In this document: positions 35,694-48,769 of the stretch, piece by piece
How positions within the stretch are numbered: position 1 is the stretch's first letter
How the letters are laid out: each line of letters starts with the position of its first letter
Origin: Euglena gracilis
Lineage: Eukaryota
Length of the DNA stretch: 64,000 nucleotides
Assembly: GCA_039621445.1 (NCBI GenBank)
Contig: CP154954.1
Coordinates: 38,711,816-38,775,815 of the forward strand
Reading direction: 5' to 3'
The notes under the pieces: model-generated
What the model was told of the DNA's origin: nothing
The model's database searches: none
The model's input: only the letters and a program-made list of their open reading frames with translations
Position numbers and translations under genes: made by a program

Positions 35694-38600
35694 TTTGGCA
35701 CCCCCCAATTCCTGGCATTGAGGCAATCTGGTCCCGAGAACCACGCCACCCCCCTTTTGCCCTGATTTCAACCAAAAAAATTGGTATCTTGTTCTTTAAA
35801 CCACGCCACCCCACCCCCTTCCGCCCCGATGTATACCAAAAAATTGCCAAAACTTTTGCCATCGTGGGGTGTTCACCAGCAGTGGTTTCACTTATTGTGG
35901 GGTTTTTGGGGGTGGGGAACCCAGCTGACCTGGTCCCGGGGGCTGGTCGCACGTTTTGGCACCCCCGATTTCCTGGCATTGAGGCAATCTGGTCCCGTAA
36001 ACCACGCCCGCCCCCCCCTTCCGCCCCGATGTATACCAAAAAATTGCCAAAACTTTTGCCATCGTGGGGTGTTCACCAGCAGTGGTTTCAGTTATTGTGG
36101 GGTTTTTGGGGGTGGGGAACCCAGCTGACCTGGTCCCGGGGGCTGGTCGCACGTTTTGGCACCCCCGCTTTCCTGGCATTGAGGCAATCTGGTCCCGAGA
36201 ACCACGCCACCCGTAAACCACGCCCGCCCCCCCTTCCGCCCCGATGTATACCAAAAAAATGCCAAAATTTTGCAATTGTGGGTGTTTTCAGCAGTGGTTT
36301 CGGTTATTGTGGGGTTTTTGGGGGGTGGGGAACCCAGCTGACCTGGTCCCGGGGGCTGGTCGTACGTTTTGGCACCCCCCCCAATTCCTGGCATTGAGGC
36401 AATCTGGTCCCGAAAACCACGACACCCCCCCCCTTCCGCCCCGATACCAAAAAATTGCCAAAAATTTGCTATTGTGGGGTGTTCACCATCAGTTGTTTCA
36501 GTTATTGTGGGGTTTTTGGGGGTGGGGAACCCAGCTGACCTGGTCCCGGGGGCTGGTCGCACGTTTTGGCACCCCCCAATTCCTGGCATTGAGGCAATCT
36601 GGTCCCGAGAACCACGCCACCCCCCCCCCCTCGCCCCGATTTATACCAAAAAATTGCCAAAACTTTTGCCATCGTGGGGTGTTCACCAGCAGTGGTTTCA
36701 CTTATTGTGGGGTTTTTGGGGGTGGGGAACCCAGCTGACCTGGTCCCGGGGGCTGGCCGCACGTTTTGGCACCCCCCAATTCCTGGCATTGAGGCAATCT
36801 GGTCCCGAAAACCACGCCCCCCCCCCCGCCCTTCCGCCCCGATTTATACCAAAAAATTGCCAAAAATTTGCTATTGTGGGGTGTTCACCAGCAGTGGTTT
36901 CAGTTATTGTGGGGTTTTTGGGGGTGGGGAACCCAGCTGACCTGGTCCCGGGGGCTGGTCGCACGTTTTGGCACCCCCGCTTTCCTGGCATTGAGGCAAT
37001 CTGGTCCCGAAAACCACGCCACCCGTAAACCACGCCCGCCCCCCCCTTCCGCCCCGATGTATACCAAAAAATTGCCAAAAATTTGCAATTGTGGGGTGCT
37101 TTCAGCAGTGGTTTCGGTTATTGTGGGGTTTTGGGGGGTGGGGAACCCAGCTGACCTGGTCCCGGGGGCTGGTCGCACGTTTTGGCACCCCCCAATTCCT
37201 GGCATTGAGGCAATCTGGTCCCGAAAACCACGACACCCCCCCCTTCCGCCCCGATTTATACCAAAAAATTGCCAAAAATTTGCTATTGTGGGGTGTTCAC
37301 CATCAGTTGTTTCAGTTATTGTGGGGTTTTTGGGGGTGGGGAACCCAGCTGACCTGGTCCCGGGGGCTGGTCGCACGTTTTGGCACCCCCCAATTCCTGG
37401 CATTGAGGCAATCTGGTCCCGAAAACCACGACACCCCCCCCTTCCGCCCCGATGTATACCAAAAAATTGCCAAAATTTTGCCATCGTGGGGTGTTCACCA
37501 GCAGTGGTTTCGGTTATTGTGGGGTTTTGGGGGGTGGGGAACCCAGCTGACCTGGTCCCGGGGGCTGGTCGCACGTTTTGGCACCCCCCAATTCCTGGCA
37601 TTGAGGCAATCTGGTCCCGTAAACCACGCCCCCCCCCCCCGCCCTTCCGCCCCGATTTACACCAAAAAATTGCCAAAAATAGCAAAAAAATTTTTTTTGC
37701 TATTGTGGGGTGTTCACCATCAGTTGTTTCAGTTATTGTGGGGTTTTTGGGGGTGGGGAACCCAGCTGACCTGGTCCCGGGGGCTGGTCGCACGTTTTGG
37801 CACCCCCCAATTCCTGGCATTGAGGCAATCTGGTCCCGAAAACCACGACACCCCCCCCCTTCCGCCCCGATTTATACCAAAAAATTGCCAAAAATTTGCT
37901 ATTGTGGGGTGTTCACCATCAGTTGTTTCAGTTATTGTGGGGTTTTTGGGGGTGGGGAACCCAGCTGACCTGGTCCCGGGGGCTGGTCGCACGTTTTGGC
38001 ACCCCCCAATTCCTGGCATTGAGGCAATCTGGTCCCGAAAACCACGACACCCCCCGCCCTTCCGCCCCGATGTATACCAAAAAATTGCCAAAATTTTGCT
38101 ATTGTGGGGTGTTCACCAGCAGTGGTTTCGGTTATTGTGGGGTTTTGGGGGGTGGGGAACCCAGCTGACCTGGTCCCGGGGGCTGGTCGCACGTTTTGGC
38201 ACCCCCCAATTCCTGGCATTGAGGCAATCTGGTCCCGTAAACCACGCCCCCCCCCCCCCCGCCCTTCCGCCCCGATTTACACCAAAAAATTGCCAAAAAT
38301 AGCAAAAAAATTTTTTTTGCTATTGTGGGGTGTTCACCATCAGTTGTTTCAGTCATTGTGGGGTTTTTGGGGGTGGGGAACCCAGCTGACCTGGTCCCGG
38401 GGGCTGGTCGCACGTTTTGGCACCCCCGCTTTCCTGGCATTGAGGCAATCTGGTCCCGAAAACCACGACACCCCCCGCCCTTCCGCCCCGATGTATACCA
38501 AAAAATTGCCAAAAATTTGCAATTGTGGGGATGCTTTCAGCAGTGGTTTCGGTTATTGTGGGGTTTTGGGGGGTGGGGAACCCAGCTGACCTGGTCCCGG

Positions 38601-41600
38601 GGGCTGGTCGCACGTTTTGGCACCCCCCAATTCCTGGCATTGAGGCAATCTGGTCCCGAAAACCACGACACCCCCCGCCCTTCCGCCCCGATTTATACCA
38701 AAAAATTGCCAAAATTTTGCTATTGTGGGGTGTTCACCATCAGTTGTTTCAGTTATTGTGGGGTTTTTGGGGGGTGGGGAACCCAGCTGACCTGGTCCCG
38801 GGGGCTGGTCGCACGTTTTGGCACCCCCCAATTCCTGGCATTGAGGCAATCTGGTCCCGTAAACCACGCCACCCCCCCCCCTCGCCCCGATGTATACCAA
38901 AAAATTGCCAAAAATTTGCTATTGTGGGGTGTTCACCAGCAGTGGTTTCGGTTATTGTGGGGTTTTTGGGGGTGGGGAACCCAGCTGACCTGGTCCCGGG
39001 GGCTGGTCGCACGTTTTGGCACCCCCCAATTCCTGGCATTGAGGCAATCTGGTCCCGAAAACCACGCCACCCCCCCCCTTCCGCCCCGATGTATACCAAA
39101 AAATTGCCAAAATTTTGCCATCGTGGGGTGTTCACCAGCAGTGGTTTCGGTTATTGTGGGGTTTTGGGGGGTGGGGAACCCAGCTGACCTGGTCCCGGGG
39201 GCTGGTCGCACGTTTTGGCACCCCCCAATTCCTGGCATTGAGGCAATCTGGTCCCGAAAACCACGACACCCCCCGCCCTTCCGCCCCGATTTATACCAAA
39301 AAATTGCCAAAATTTTGCCATCGTGGGGTGTTCACTATCAGTAAATTCAGTTATTGTGGTGTTTTTGGGGGGGGGGACCCAGCTGACCTGGTCCCGGGGG
39401 CTGGTCGCACGTTTTGGCACCCCCCAATTCCTGGCATTGAGGCAATCTGGTCCCGAAAACCACGCCACCCCCCCCCCCTTCCGCCCCGATTTATACCAAA
39501 AAATTGCCAAAATTTTGCTATTGTGGGGTGTTCACCATCAGTTGTTTCAGTTATTGTGGGGTTTTTGGGGGTGGGGAACCCAGCTGACCTGGTCCCGGGG
39601 GCTGGTCGCACGTTTTGGCACCCCCCAATTCCTGGCATTGAGGCAATCTGGTCCCGTAAACCACGCCACCCCCCCCCCTCGCCCCGATGTATACCAAAAA
39701 ATTGCCAAAAATTTGCTATTGTGGGGTGTTCACCAGCAGTGGTTTCGGTTATTGTGGGGTTTTGGGGGGTGGGGAACCCAGCTGACCTGGTCCCGGGGGC
39801 TGGTCGCACGTTTTGGCACCCCCCAATTTTTGGCATTGAGGCAATCTGGTCCCGTAAACCACGACACCCCCCCCCTTCCGCCCCGATTTATACCAAAAAA
39901 TTGCCAAAAATTTGCTATTGTGGGGTGTTCACTATCAGTGGTTTCAGTTATTGTGGGATTTTTGGGGGGGGAACCCAGCTGACCTGGTCCCGGGGGCTGG
40001 TCGCACGTTTTGGCACCCCCGCTTTCCTGGCATTGAGGCAATCTGGTCCCGAAAACCACGCCGCCCCCCCCCCCCTTCCGCCCCGATTTATACCAAAAAA
40101 TTGCCAAAATTTTGCTATTGTGGGGTGTTCACTATCAGTGAATTCAGTTATTGTGGTGTTTTTTGGGGGGGGAACCCAGCTGACCTGGTCCCGGGGGCTG
40201 GTCGCACGTTTTGGCACCCCCCAATTCCTGGCATTGAGGCAATCTGGTCCCGTAAACCACGCCAGCTCCCCCGATTTATACCAAAAAAAAATTGCCAAAA
40301 TTTTGCCTTTGTGGGGATGTTTGCAGCTGGTGGTTTCAGTTATTATGGGGTTTTTGGGGGTGGGGAACCCAGCTGACCTGGTCCCGGGGGCTGGTCGCAC
40401 GTTTTGGCACCCCCCAATTCCTGGCATTGAGGCAATCTGGTCCCGTAAACCACGCCACCCCCCCCCCTTCCGCCCCGATTCATTCCAAAAAATTGCCAAA
40501 AATTTGCTATTGTGGGGTGTTCACCAGCAGTGCCAAAACGTGCGACCAGCCCCCGGGACTAGGTCAGCTGGGTTCCCCCCCCCAAAAACACCACAATAAC
40601 TGAATTCACTGATAGTGAACACCCCACAATAGCAAAATTTTGGCAATTTTTTGGTATAAATCGGGGCGGAAGGGGGGTGGCGTGGTTTTCGGGACCAGAT
40701 TGCCTCAATGCCAGGAATTGGGGGGTGCCAAAACGTGCGACCAGCCCCCGGGACCAGGTCAGCTGGGTTCCCCACCCCCAAAAACCCCACAATAACTGAA
40801 ACCATTTGCTGAAAATACCCCACAATAGCAAAATTTTGGCAAATTTTTTTGGTATAAATCGGGGCGGAAGGGGGGTGGCGTGGTTTACGGGACCAGATTG
40901 CCTCAATGCCAGGAATTGGGGGGTGCCAAAACGTGCGACCAGCCCCCGGGACCAGGTCAGCTGGGTTCCCCACCCCCCAAAAACCCCAGAATAACTGAAA
41001 CAACTGACGGTGAACACCCCACAATAGCAAATTTTTGGCAATTTTTTGGTATAAATCGGGGCGGAAGGGGGGTGGCGTGGTTTACGGGACCAGATTGCCT
41101 CAATGCCAGGAATTGGGGGGTGCCAAAACGTGCGACCAGCCCCCGGGACCAGGTCAGCTGGGTTCCCCACCCCCCAAAAACCCCACAATAACCTGGCATT
41201 AAGGCAATCTGGTCCCGTAAACCACGCCAGCTCCCCCGATTTATACCAAAAAAAAATTGCCAAAATTTTGCCATTGTGGGGATGTTTGCAGCAAGTGGTT
41301 TCAGTTATTATGGGGTTTTTGGGGGTGGGGAACCCAGCTGACCTGGTCCCGGGGGCTGGTCGCACGTTTTGGCACCCCCCAATTCCTGGCATTGAGGCAA
41401 TCTGGTCCCGTAAACCACGACACCCCCCTGCCTTTCCGCCCCGATTCATTCCAAAAAATTGCCAAAATTTTGCTATTGTGGGATGCTTTCAGCAGTGGTT
41501 TCGGTTATTGTGGGGTTTTTGGGGGTGGGGAACCCAGCTGACCTGGTCCCGGGGGCTGGTCGCACGTTTTGGCACCCCCCAATTCCTGGCATTGAGGCAA

Positions 41601-44600
41601 TCTGGTCCCGTAAACCACGACACCCCCCCCTTCCGCCCCGATTTATACCAAAAAATTGCCAAAAATTTGCTATTGTGGGGTGTTCACTATCAGTGGTTTC
41701 AGTTATTGTGGGATTTTTGGGGGGGGGGAACCCAGCTGACCTGGTCCCGGGGGCTGGTCGCACGTTTTGGCACCCCCCAATTCCTGGCATTGAGGCAATC
41801 TGGTCCCGAAAACCACGCCGCCCCCCCCCTTCCGCCCCGATTTATACCAAAAAATTGCCAAAATTTTGCTATTGTCGGGTGTTCACCAGCAGTGGTTTCG
41901 GTTATTGTGGTGTTTTTGGGGGGGGGGGGAACCCAGCTGACCTGGTCCCGGGGGCTGGTCGCACGTTTTGGCACCGCCCAATTCCTGGCATTGAGGCAAT
42001 CTGGTCCCGTAAACCACGCCAGCCCCCCCGATTTATACCAAAAAAAAATTGCCAAAATTTTGCCATTGTGGGGATGTTTGCAGCAAGTGGTTTCAGTTAT
42101 TATGGGGTTTTTGGGGAGCTGACCTGGTCCCGGGCAGGCACCTATGGTCACTTCCCATTTTGGTGCTCTGGTCGGCCCTGGTCGGCCCTGGTCGGCCCTG
42201 GTCGGCCCTGGTCGGCCCTGGTCGGCCCTGGTCGGCCCTGGTCGGCAAATAGTCGGCCATAGGTGGGGGTATCGTCACAGAAAAAAAGATTGTGAAAAAT
42301 GACCCAAAATTACCAAAAGGGCGTAAAATGGCCAAAATGCCATAAAATATGCTCACATTGACCCAAATTAGCCCAATATTTGCCAAATCAGTGACAAATG
42401 GCCCCCAAGTTAGCAAAAACTGATCCGTAATGGCCAGAATGGGTGTAAAACTGGAGATTTGTGGGGAAATTATCCAAAAATGGGTTGAGTTCTTCAAAAT
42501 ATACAATATACTGGCACAAAATGCTCAAAAATGGTCAAATTGGACCAAAAAGAGACCAAAAAACATAACGGTCCGTGGTGGCTTAAATGTGGTCAAAAAT
42601 GGCCCTAGAGCAGGACAAAATGGCCCAAATTACAAGAAGTGCGCAAAAAGTGGCAAAAAATGGTCAATAGGTCGAAATTGGTGAGATTTGGTGACAAATG
42701 GGCCAAAAGGGGACAAAAGCGACCTAAAGTGGCCAAAAGCGGCCAAAAGTAGCCAAAAGTGACAACATGAGCCAGACGAGCCAGAAAAATCTCAAAATCT
42801 GGGATAAAATTCCTCATTCTCACTGAAAAAATGACATCAATCAGAAAAAAAGTTGCACGGTCGGCTGCGGTCGGCTGCGGTCGGCTGCGGTCGGCAACCC
42901 ACCTATGACAGTCCTGAAACCCGCGGTAACCCGCGGTCGATGCTGCCAGGCCAGCATCGTCCTGCATCGCCCAGCACCGCCCAGCATCATCAAAGGAGCT
43001 TGGTTCAGAGGGAAAGCTGCCTAAGTCCTTCATCCATTCCCCTTCGGTCGGCCAATCACATGCAAGTCGGCCCTGGTCGGCCCTGGTCGGCCCTGGTCGG
43101 AACCCCCACCTACGGGGGTCTTGAAAATCATAGTCGGCCCTGGTCGGCCCTGGTCGGCCCTGGTCGGCCCTGGTCGGCCCTGGTCGGCCATAGGTGCCTG
43201 GTCCCGGGGGCTGGTCGCACGTTTTGGCACCCCCCAATTCCTGGCATTGAGGCAATCTGGTCCCGTAAACCACGACACCCCCCCCCCTTCCGCCCCGATT
43301 TATACCAAAAAATTGCCAAAAATTTGCTATTGTGGGGTGTTCACTATCAGTGGTTTCAGTTATTGTGGGATTTTTGGGGGGGGGGGAACCCAGCTGACCT
43401 GGTCCCGGGGGCTGGTCGCACGTTTTGGCACCCCCCAATTCCTGGCATTGAGGCAATCTGGTCCCGAAAACCACGCCGCCCCCCCCCCCCTTCCGCCCCG
43501 ATTTATACCAAAAAATTGCCAAAATTTTGCTATTGTCGGGTGTTCACCAGCAGTGGTTTCGGTTATTGTGGTGTTTTTGGGGGGGGGGAACCCAGCTGAC
43601 CTGGTCCCGGGGGCTGGTCGCACGTTTTGGCACCCCCCAATTTCTGGCATTGAGGCAATCTGGTCCCGTAAACCACGCCAGCTCCCCCGATTTATACCAA
43701 AAAAAAATTGCCAAAATTTTGCCATTGTGGGGATGTTTGCAGCAAGTGGTTTCAGTTATTATGGGGTTTTTGGGGGTGGGGAACCCAGCTGACCTGGTCC
43801 CGGGGGCTGGTCGCACGTTTTGGCACCCCCCAATTCCTGGCATTGAGGCAATCTGGTCCCGAAAACCACGCCACCCCACCCCTTCCGCCGTGATTTATAC
43901 CAAAAAATTGCCAAAAATTTGCTATTGTGGGGTGTTCACTATCAGTGGTTTCAGTTATTGTGGGGTTTTTGGGGGTGGGGAACCCAGCTGACCTGGTCCC
44001 GGGGGCTGGTCGCACGTTTTGGCACCCCCCAATTCCTGGCATTGAGGCAATCTGGTCCCGAAAACCACGCCACCTCCCCTTCCGCCCCGATTTACACCAA
44101 AAAAATTGCCAAAATTTTGCTATTGTGGGGAGTTTTCAACATTGGTTCCAGTTATTCTAGGGTTTTTGGGGGTGGGGAACCCAGCTGACCTGGTCCCGGG
44201 GGCTGGTCGCACGTTTTGGCACCCCCCAATTCCTGGCATTGAGGCAATCTGGTCCCGTAAACCACGCCACCCCACCCCCCTTCCGCCCCGATTTATACCA
44301 AAAAATTGCCAAAAATTTGCTATTGTGGGGTGTTCACCATCAGTTGTTTCAGTTATTTTGGGGTTTTTGGGGGTGGGGAACCCAGCTGACCTGGTCCCGG
44401 GGGCTGGTCGCACGTTTTGGCACCCCCCAATTCCTGGCATTGAGGCAATCTGGTCCCGAAAACCACGCCACCTCCCCTTCCGCCCCGATTTCCACCAAAA
44501 AATTGCCAAAATTTTGCTATTGTGGGGATATTTGCAGCAAGTGGTTCCAGTTATTCTAGGGTTTTTGGGGGTGGGGAACCCAGCTGACCTGGTCCCGGGG

Positions 44601-45925
44601 GCTGGTCGCACGTTTTGGCACCCCCCAATTCCTGGCATTGAGGCAATCTGGTCCCCTAAACCACGCCAGCTCCCCTTCGGCCCCGATTCATTCCAAAAAA
44701 TTGCCAAAAATTTGCTATTGTGGGGTGTTCACCATCAATGGTTTCAGTTATTGTGGGGTTTTTGGAGGTGGGGAACCCAGCTGACCTGGTCCCGGGGGCT
44801 GGTCGCACGTTTTGGCACCCCCCAATTCCTGGCATTGAGGCAATCTGGTCCCCTAAACCACGCCAGCTCCCCTTCGGCCCCGATTTATACCAAAAAAAAA
44901 TTGCCAAAATTTGCCATTGTGGGGTGTTCACCATCAGTGGTTTCAGTTATTCTAGGGTTTTTGGGGGTGGGGAACCCAGCTGACCTGGTCCCGGGGGCTG
45001 GTCGCACGTTTTGGCACCCCCCAATTCCTGGCATTGAAGCAATCTGGTCCCCTAAACCACGACACCCCCCCCGATTTATACCAAAAAATTGCCAAAATTT
45101 TGCTATTGTGGGGATATTTGCAGCAAGTGGTTCCAGTTATTCTAGGGTTTTTGGGGGTGGGGAACCCAGCTGACCTGGTCCCGGGGGCTGGTCGCACGTT
45201 TTGGCACCCCCCAATTCCTGGCATTGAGGCAATCTGGTCCCGTAAACCACGCCACCCCCACCCTCGCCCCGACTTCCACCAAAAAATTGCCAAAAATTTG
45301 CTATTGTGGGGTGTTCACCATCAGTTGTTTCAGTTATTTTGGGGTTTTCGGGGGGGGGAACCCAGCTGACCTGGTCCCGGGGGCTGGTCGCACGTTTTGG
45401 CACTGCTGGTGAACACCCCACAATAGCAAATTTTTGGCACCCCCCAATTCCTGGCATTGAGGCAATCTGGTCCCCTAAACCACGCCAGCTCCCCTTCGGC
45501 CCCGATTCATTCCAAAAAATTGCCAAAAATTTGCTATTGTGGGGTGTTCACCATCAGTTGTTTCATTTATTGTGGGGTTTTCGGGGGAGGGGAACCCAGC
45601 TGACCTGGTCCCGGGGGCTGGTCGTACGTTTTGGCACCCCCCAATTCCTGGCATTGAGGCAATCTGGTCCCGTAAACCACGCCAACCCCCCCCCCTTCCG
45701 CCCCGATTTATACCAAAAAATTGCCAAAAATTTGCTATTGTGGGGTGTTCACCATCAGTTGTTTCAGTTATTTTGGGGTTTTTGGGGGTGGGGAACCCAG
45801 CTGACCTGGTCCCGGGGGCTGGTCGCACGTTTTGGCACTCCCCACTTCTCAACATTAAGCCAATCTGGCCCCGAAAATTACCCCACCCCCCTCCCGCCCC
45901 AAATTATACCAAAAAAAGTTGCCAA
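35694..45925 (+). repeat. ~200-bp tandem satellite array (roughly 45 monomers)
   Basis: Unit GGAACCCAGCTGACCTGGTCCCGGGGGCTGGTCGCACGTTTTGGCACCCCCCAATTCCTGGCATTGAGGCAATCTGGTCCC...ATACCAAAAAATTGCCAAAA...TTATTGTGGGG recurs about every 200 bp; internal inversion at 40530-41192 and insertion at 42135-43200. Confidence 0.97.
42135..43200. mobile_element. hAT-like element (family D) with GGTCGGCCCT 10-bp subterminal repeats, inside the satellite
   Basis: TIR CAGGCACCTATGG...CCATAGGTGCCTG; perfect TSD GTCCCGGG (42127-42134, 43201-43208); interior homologous to 34690-35150. Confidence 0.9.
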
Positions 45926-45929
45926 AATT

Positions 45930-47240
45930 TAAAATGATCCAGTGTTTCATCCAATTCACCGATTGCCAATTCCCTGTTTGCATCCCACAACACAGGGCTA
46001 TCTTTTTCCAATTGTTCCCCAACGAGGGCTGCTTCAAAAGCTTTGTGTCACATTTTACAACATTTTGGTTCCCATTGACTGGCAAAAATAAAATGGGGTA
46101 AAAAAATTGGTATTTGTCTGTTATCGCACAACATACCCCCCCCCCTTCGGTTATCGCACGACGCCCTTTTTTTAGGCTTTATAGGGTTATTTGAAGGAGT
46201 AGGGTTAGGTGTGCACATGCCATGTTGCGCTACATGGCCACATTGCGCTTCATGGCCACGTTGCGCTACATGGCCACGTTGCGCTACATGGCCACGTTGC
46301 GCTACATGGCCATGTAGCGCAACGTGGCCATGTAGCGCAACGTGGCCATGTAGCGCAACATGGCATGTGCGCACCTAACCCTACTCCTTCAAATAACCCT
46401 AAATAACCCAAAAAAAGGGTGTCGTGCGATAACCGAAAGGGGGGGGGTACGTCGTGCGAGGTTGGTTGTTTTCGATTTTTGACAAACCTCGTGCCTTTTT
46501 TTGCTGAATCAAAACAACTCAATATTGTCACTTTTGACGTGGTGAGAGACATCACCTTCATAACAATTGTCATCCGAATCTGCGTCATCGTCTTGCAGAT
46601 ATTCAATTGTTTCAAAATCAGGTTCCATTCGAAGCATGGTGATTGCTCAATCTCAATGAATCATCACTTCTTGCAATGGATCTGCAGAAGGCGCCACATT
46701 CATAGGGGATGGTTCTGGTCACGGGGGGAACACCATATTTTCGGTTGCGAAATTGACCGAACCCAAGATATGGAAATACTTTTCCTCAAATTTGATTTTC
46801 ACACCAAATTGAGAACCGGCTGGGGAAAAAGTAGCCGCTAACAGGCCAAGTAACCGCCAAAGCGGGGAATGAGTGGTTAACCATGGTTAACACGGTTAAA
46901 ACGGACAGAGATCCAAACTTCTCACGCAAAACCCACATCATTTGATGAAAACCATTTCCTCATTGGACAAATCTTGGGCCGAAATAGCAAAATACTGACG
47001 GGGGTGTTTGAGAGGTGCCTGATGGGGCACAATCCGCAGGCACCAAGGCCAGCTGGGTTCCCCGCCCCCCAAACACCGAATAATAACAAAAACCACTGCA
47101 GCTCAACACCCCCGAATGGTGAAATTTTGGCAATTTTTTTCGGCATAAATCGGGGCTGGGGGGGGGAGTGACTTTCAGGGCCAGATTGCCTCAACGCTAG
47201 GAACTGGGGGGGGGGGTGCCAAAATGTGCGACCAGCCCCG
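45930..47240 (-). repeat. Copy B (partial) of the chromo/EndoVII-like dispersed repeat, ending in an inverted satellite monomer
   Basis: Collinear with 32697-33605; interrupted by a fold-back element. Confidence 0.8.
46124..46459. mobile_element. Near-perfect fold-back (palindromic) MITE
   Basis: TA-CCCCC..TTCGGTTATCGCACGAC...GTCGTGCGATAACCGAAGGGG..-TA; centre made of 18-bp GCGCTACATGGCCACGTT units in both orientations; absent from homologous sites at about 32875 and 49250. Confidence 0.85.
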
Positions 47241-47241
47241 G

Positions 47242-48760
47242 CAAGCACGTATAATCAAGCCCAAAAATTCCCCCGTTTTTGGCCGTTTCAGGCTACTTTA
47301 GGCTATTTTAGGTCATCTAAAGCCATTTTAGGCCATTTTAAGGTATAGGTGGGGGTTCTGAAAATCATAATTTTGCGTCGTTGTTGTCCTGAAAACTGCA
47401 TGCTAACGTGTGCGAACCTTCTGTTATTCAGTAATGAGTAATGTACATCCAAAAAAGCATGCAAAATTCATGAACACTAGATCTAAACCACGGGAAGCTC
47501 AACAATTCTTAATTCATCCCCACAGAATTATGGCAGTGAAAAATTTTCAGGGAAACAAATTTTGGACAAAGATTAAAAGATTTTATTTTGCACTGCCAAA
47601 AAAGCGTCCAGTTTTTTTTGTATTTTGTGAAATCTATACCATTTTAAGGGATTTCGAAAAAAGAAGTTTCTGACTTTTCTGGGGAATAATTCATCTTCAC
47701 TGTCTGCACGTGGCTCATATTTTTCCCATCTGGTCCAAAATCTATGTTTCCCAAAGTTCTAGGTTGTGTGTTGTGTGGAGCAATTTTGAGGGGTTTAACT
47801 CGAGAAGGTGGGGGAATTGAGGGTAATGAGTGGAGACTTTTTTTTGTCGGGTATTTCACAGGCCACTATGACGTGATGATGGGAGAGTAAATTTGCACGA
47901 GTGTCAAACTTCCAGCAGGCTTTGCACAAAAAAAGGCCAAAGTTTTTGGAAAAAAATGGGGGGCGAAGACACACAAATTAAGGAACCATGTTTGCATGGA
48001 AGGAGGAGGAGAGCCAAACGCTGGGGGGGGGTATGCATACAAAGTTGGTAACTGCAGATTGACTCCCAAGCCTGAACCTCCCCCAAAATATAAGAGACCC
48101 CACCCACGCCATAACACACCCCCAACCTCAGACGGCATTTGGGGATTTTCGGTCCAACGCCAAATTTGATACTGTTGCCTGGTGAAATTCAATTTGTTTT
48201 TGGCATTGTTTTAGCCATTTTGGGCCCTTTTTGGCGATTGCAGAGATCAAAGGGCAAAACTCTCTTTTCCGTGTTTGGTTTCCCCCTTGGAGAAACTTAA
48301 CTCTAAAAAGAAAACCCTCTGAAGACGTTCATAAATAAGAGAGAATCTCATTCATAGTTGTTAGTGGTTGTTTAGGTCATTTGATCTTTCGGCGTGATTA
48401 CTTGTGGTTTTGGAAAATCCCCCAAAATTCAGCTACCAAAAGAAGGTTGGGGACCGTGGATTTGGGGACTGATACTATATTGGTTGAGATAAAAAGTGGG
48501 GCTGTGCTCCTCCACCAAATCCACTGTTCGCCGTCCACATTGACAAAAGACACCAAAAATCATTACCTGAATGGCTACAATTGTTCACAAAATAAATTGT
48601 TGTGCAACAAAAATTTTCCCATTTTAGGCCATTTTAGGCCATTTTAGGCCATTTTAGGCCATTTTAGGCCATTTTAGGCCGCCATTTTATGGACCCCCAC
48701 CTACAGGGGGTCAAAAAGTCATTTCAGGCCATTTTAGGCCATTTTAGCTATAGGTGCTTG
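47242..48760. mobile_element. hAT-like element (family D ends) with GCCATTTTAG subterminal repeats and a unique AT-rich interior
   Basis: CAAGCACGTATA...TATAGGTGCTTG; flanks AGCCCCGG/GCCCCCGG within a reverse-oriented satellite monomer. Confidence 0.75.
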
Positions 48761-48769
48761 GCCCCCGGG

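Noticed and set aside
35694-45925. CRISPR or guide-RNA array, or long repeat-protein ORFs (up to 494 aa)
   Set aside because: Variable parts are point variants of one sequence, not independent spacers; ORFs rotate through all frames on both strands, as expected for a ~200-bp satellite
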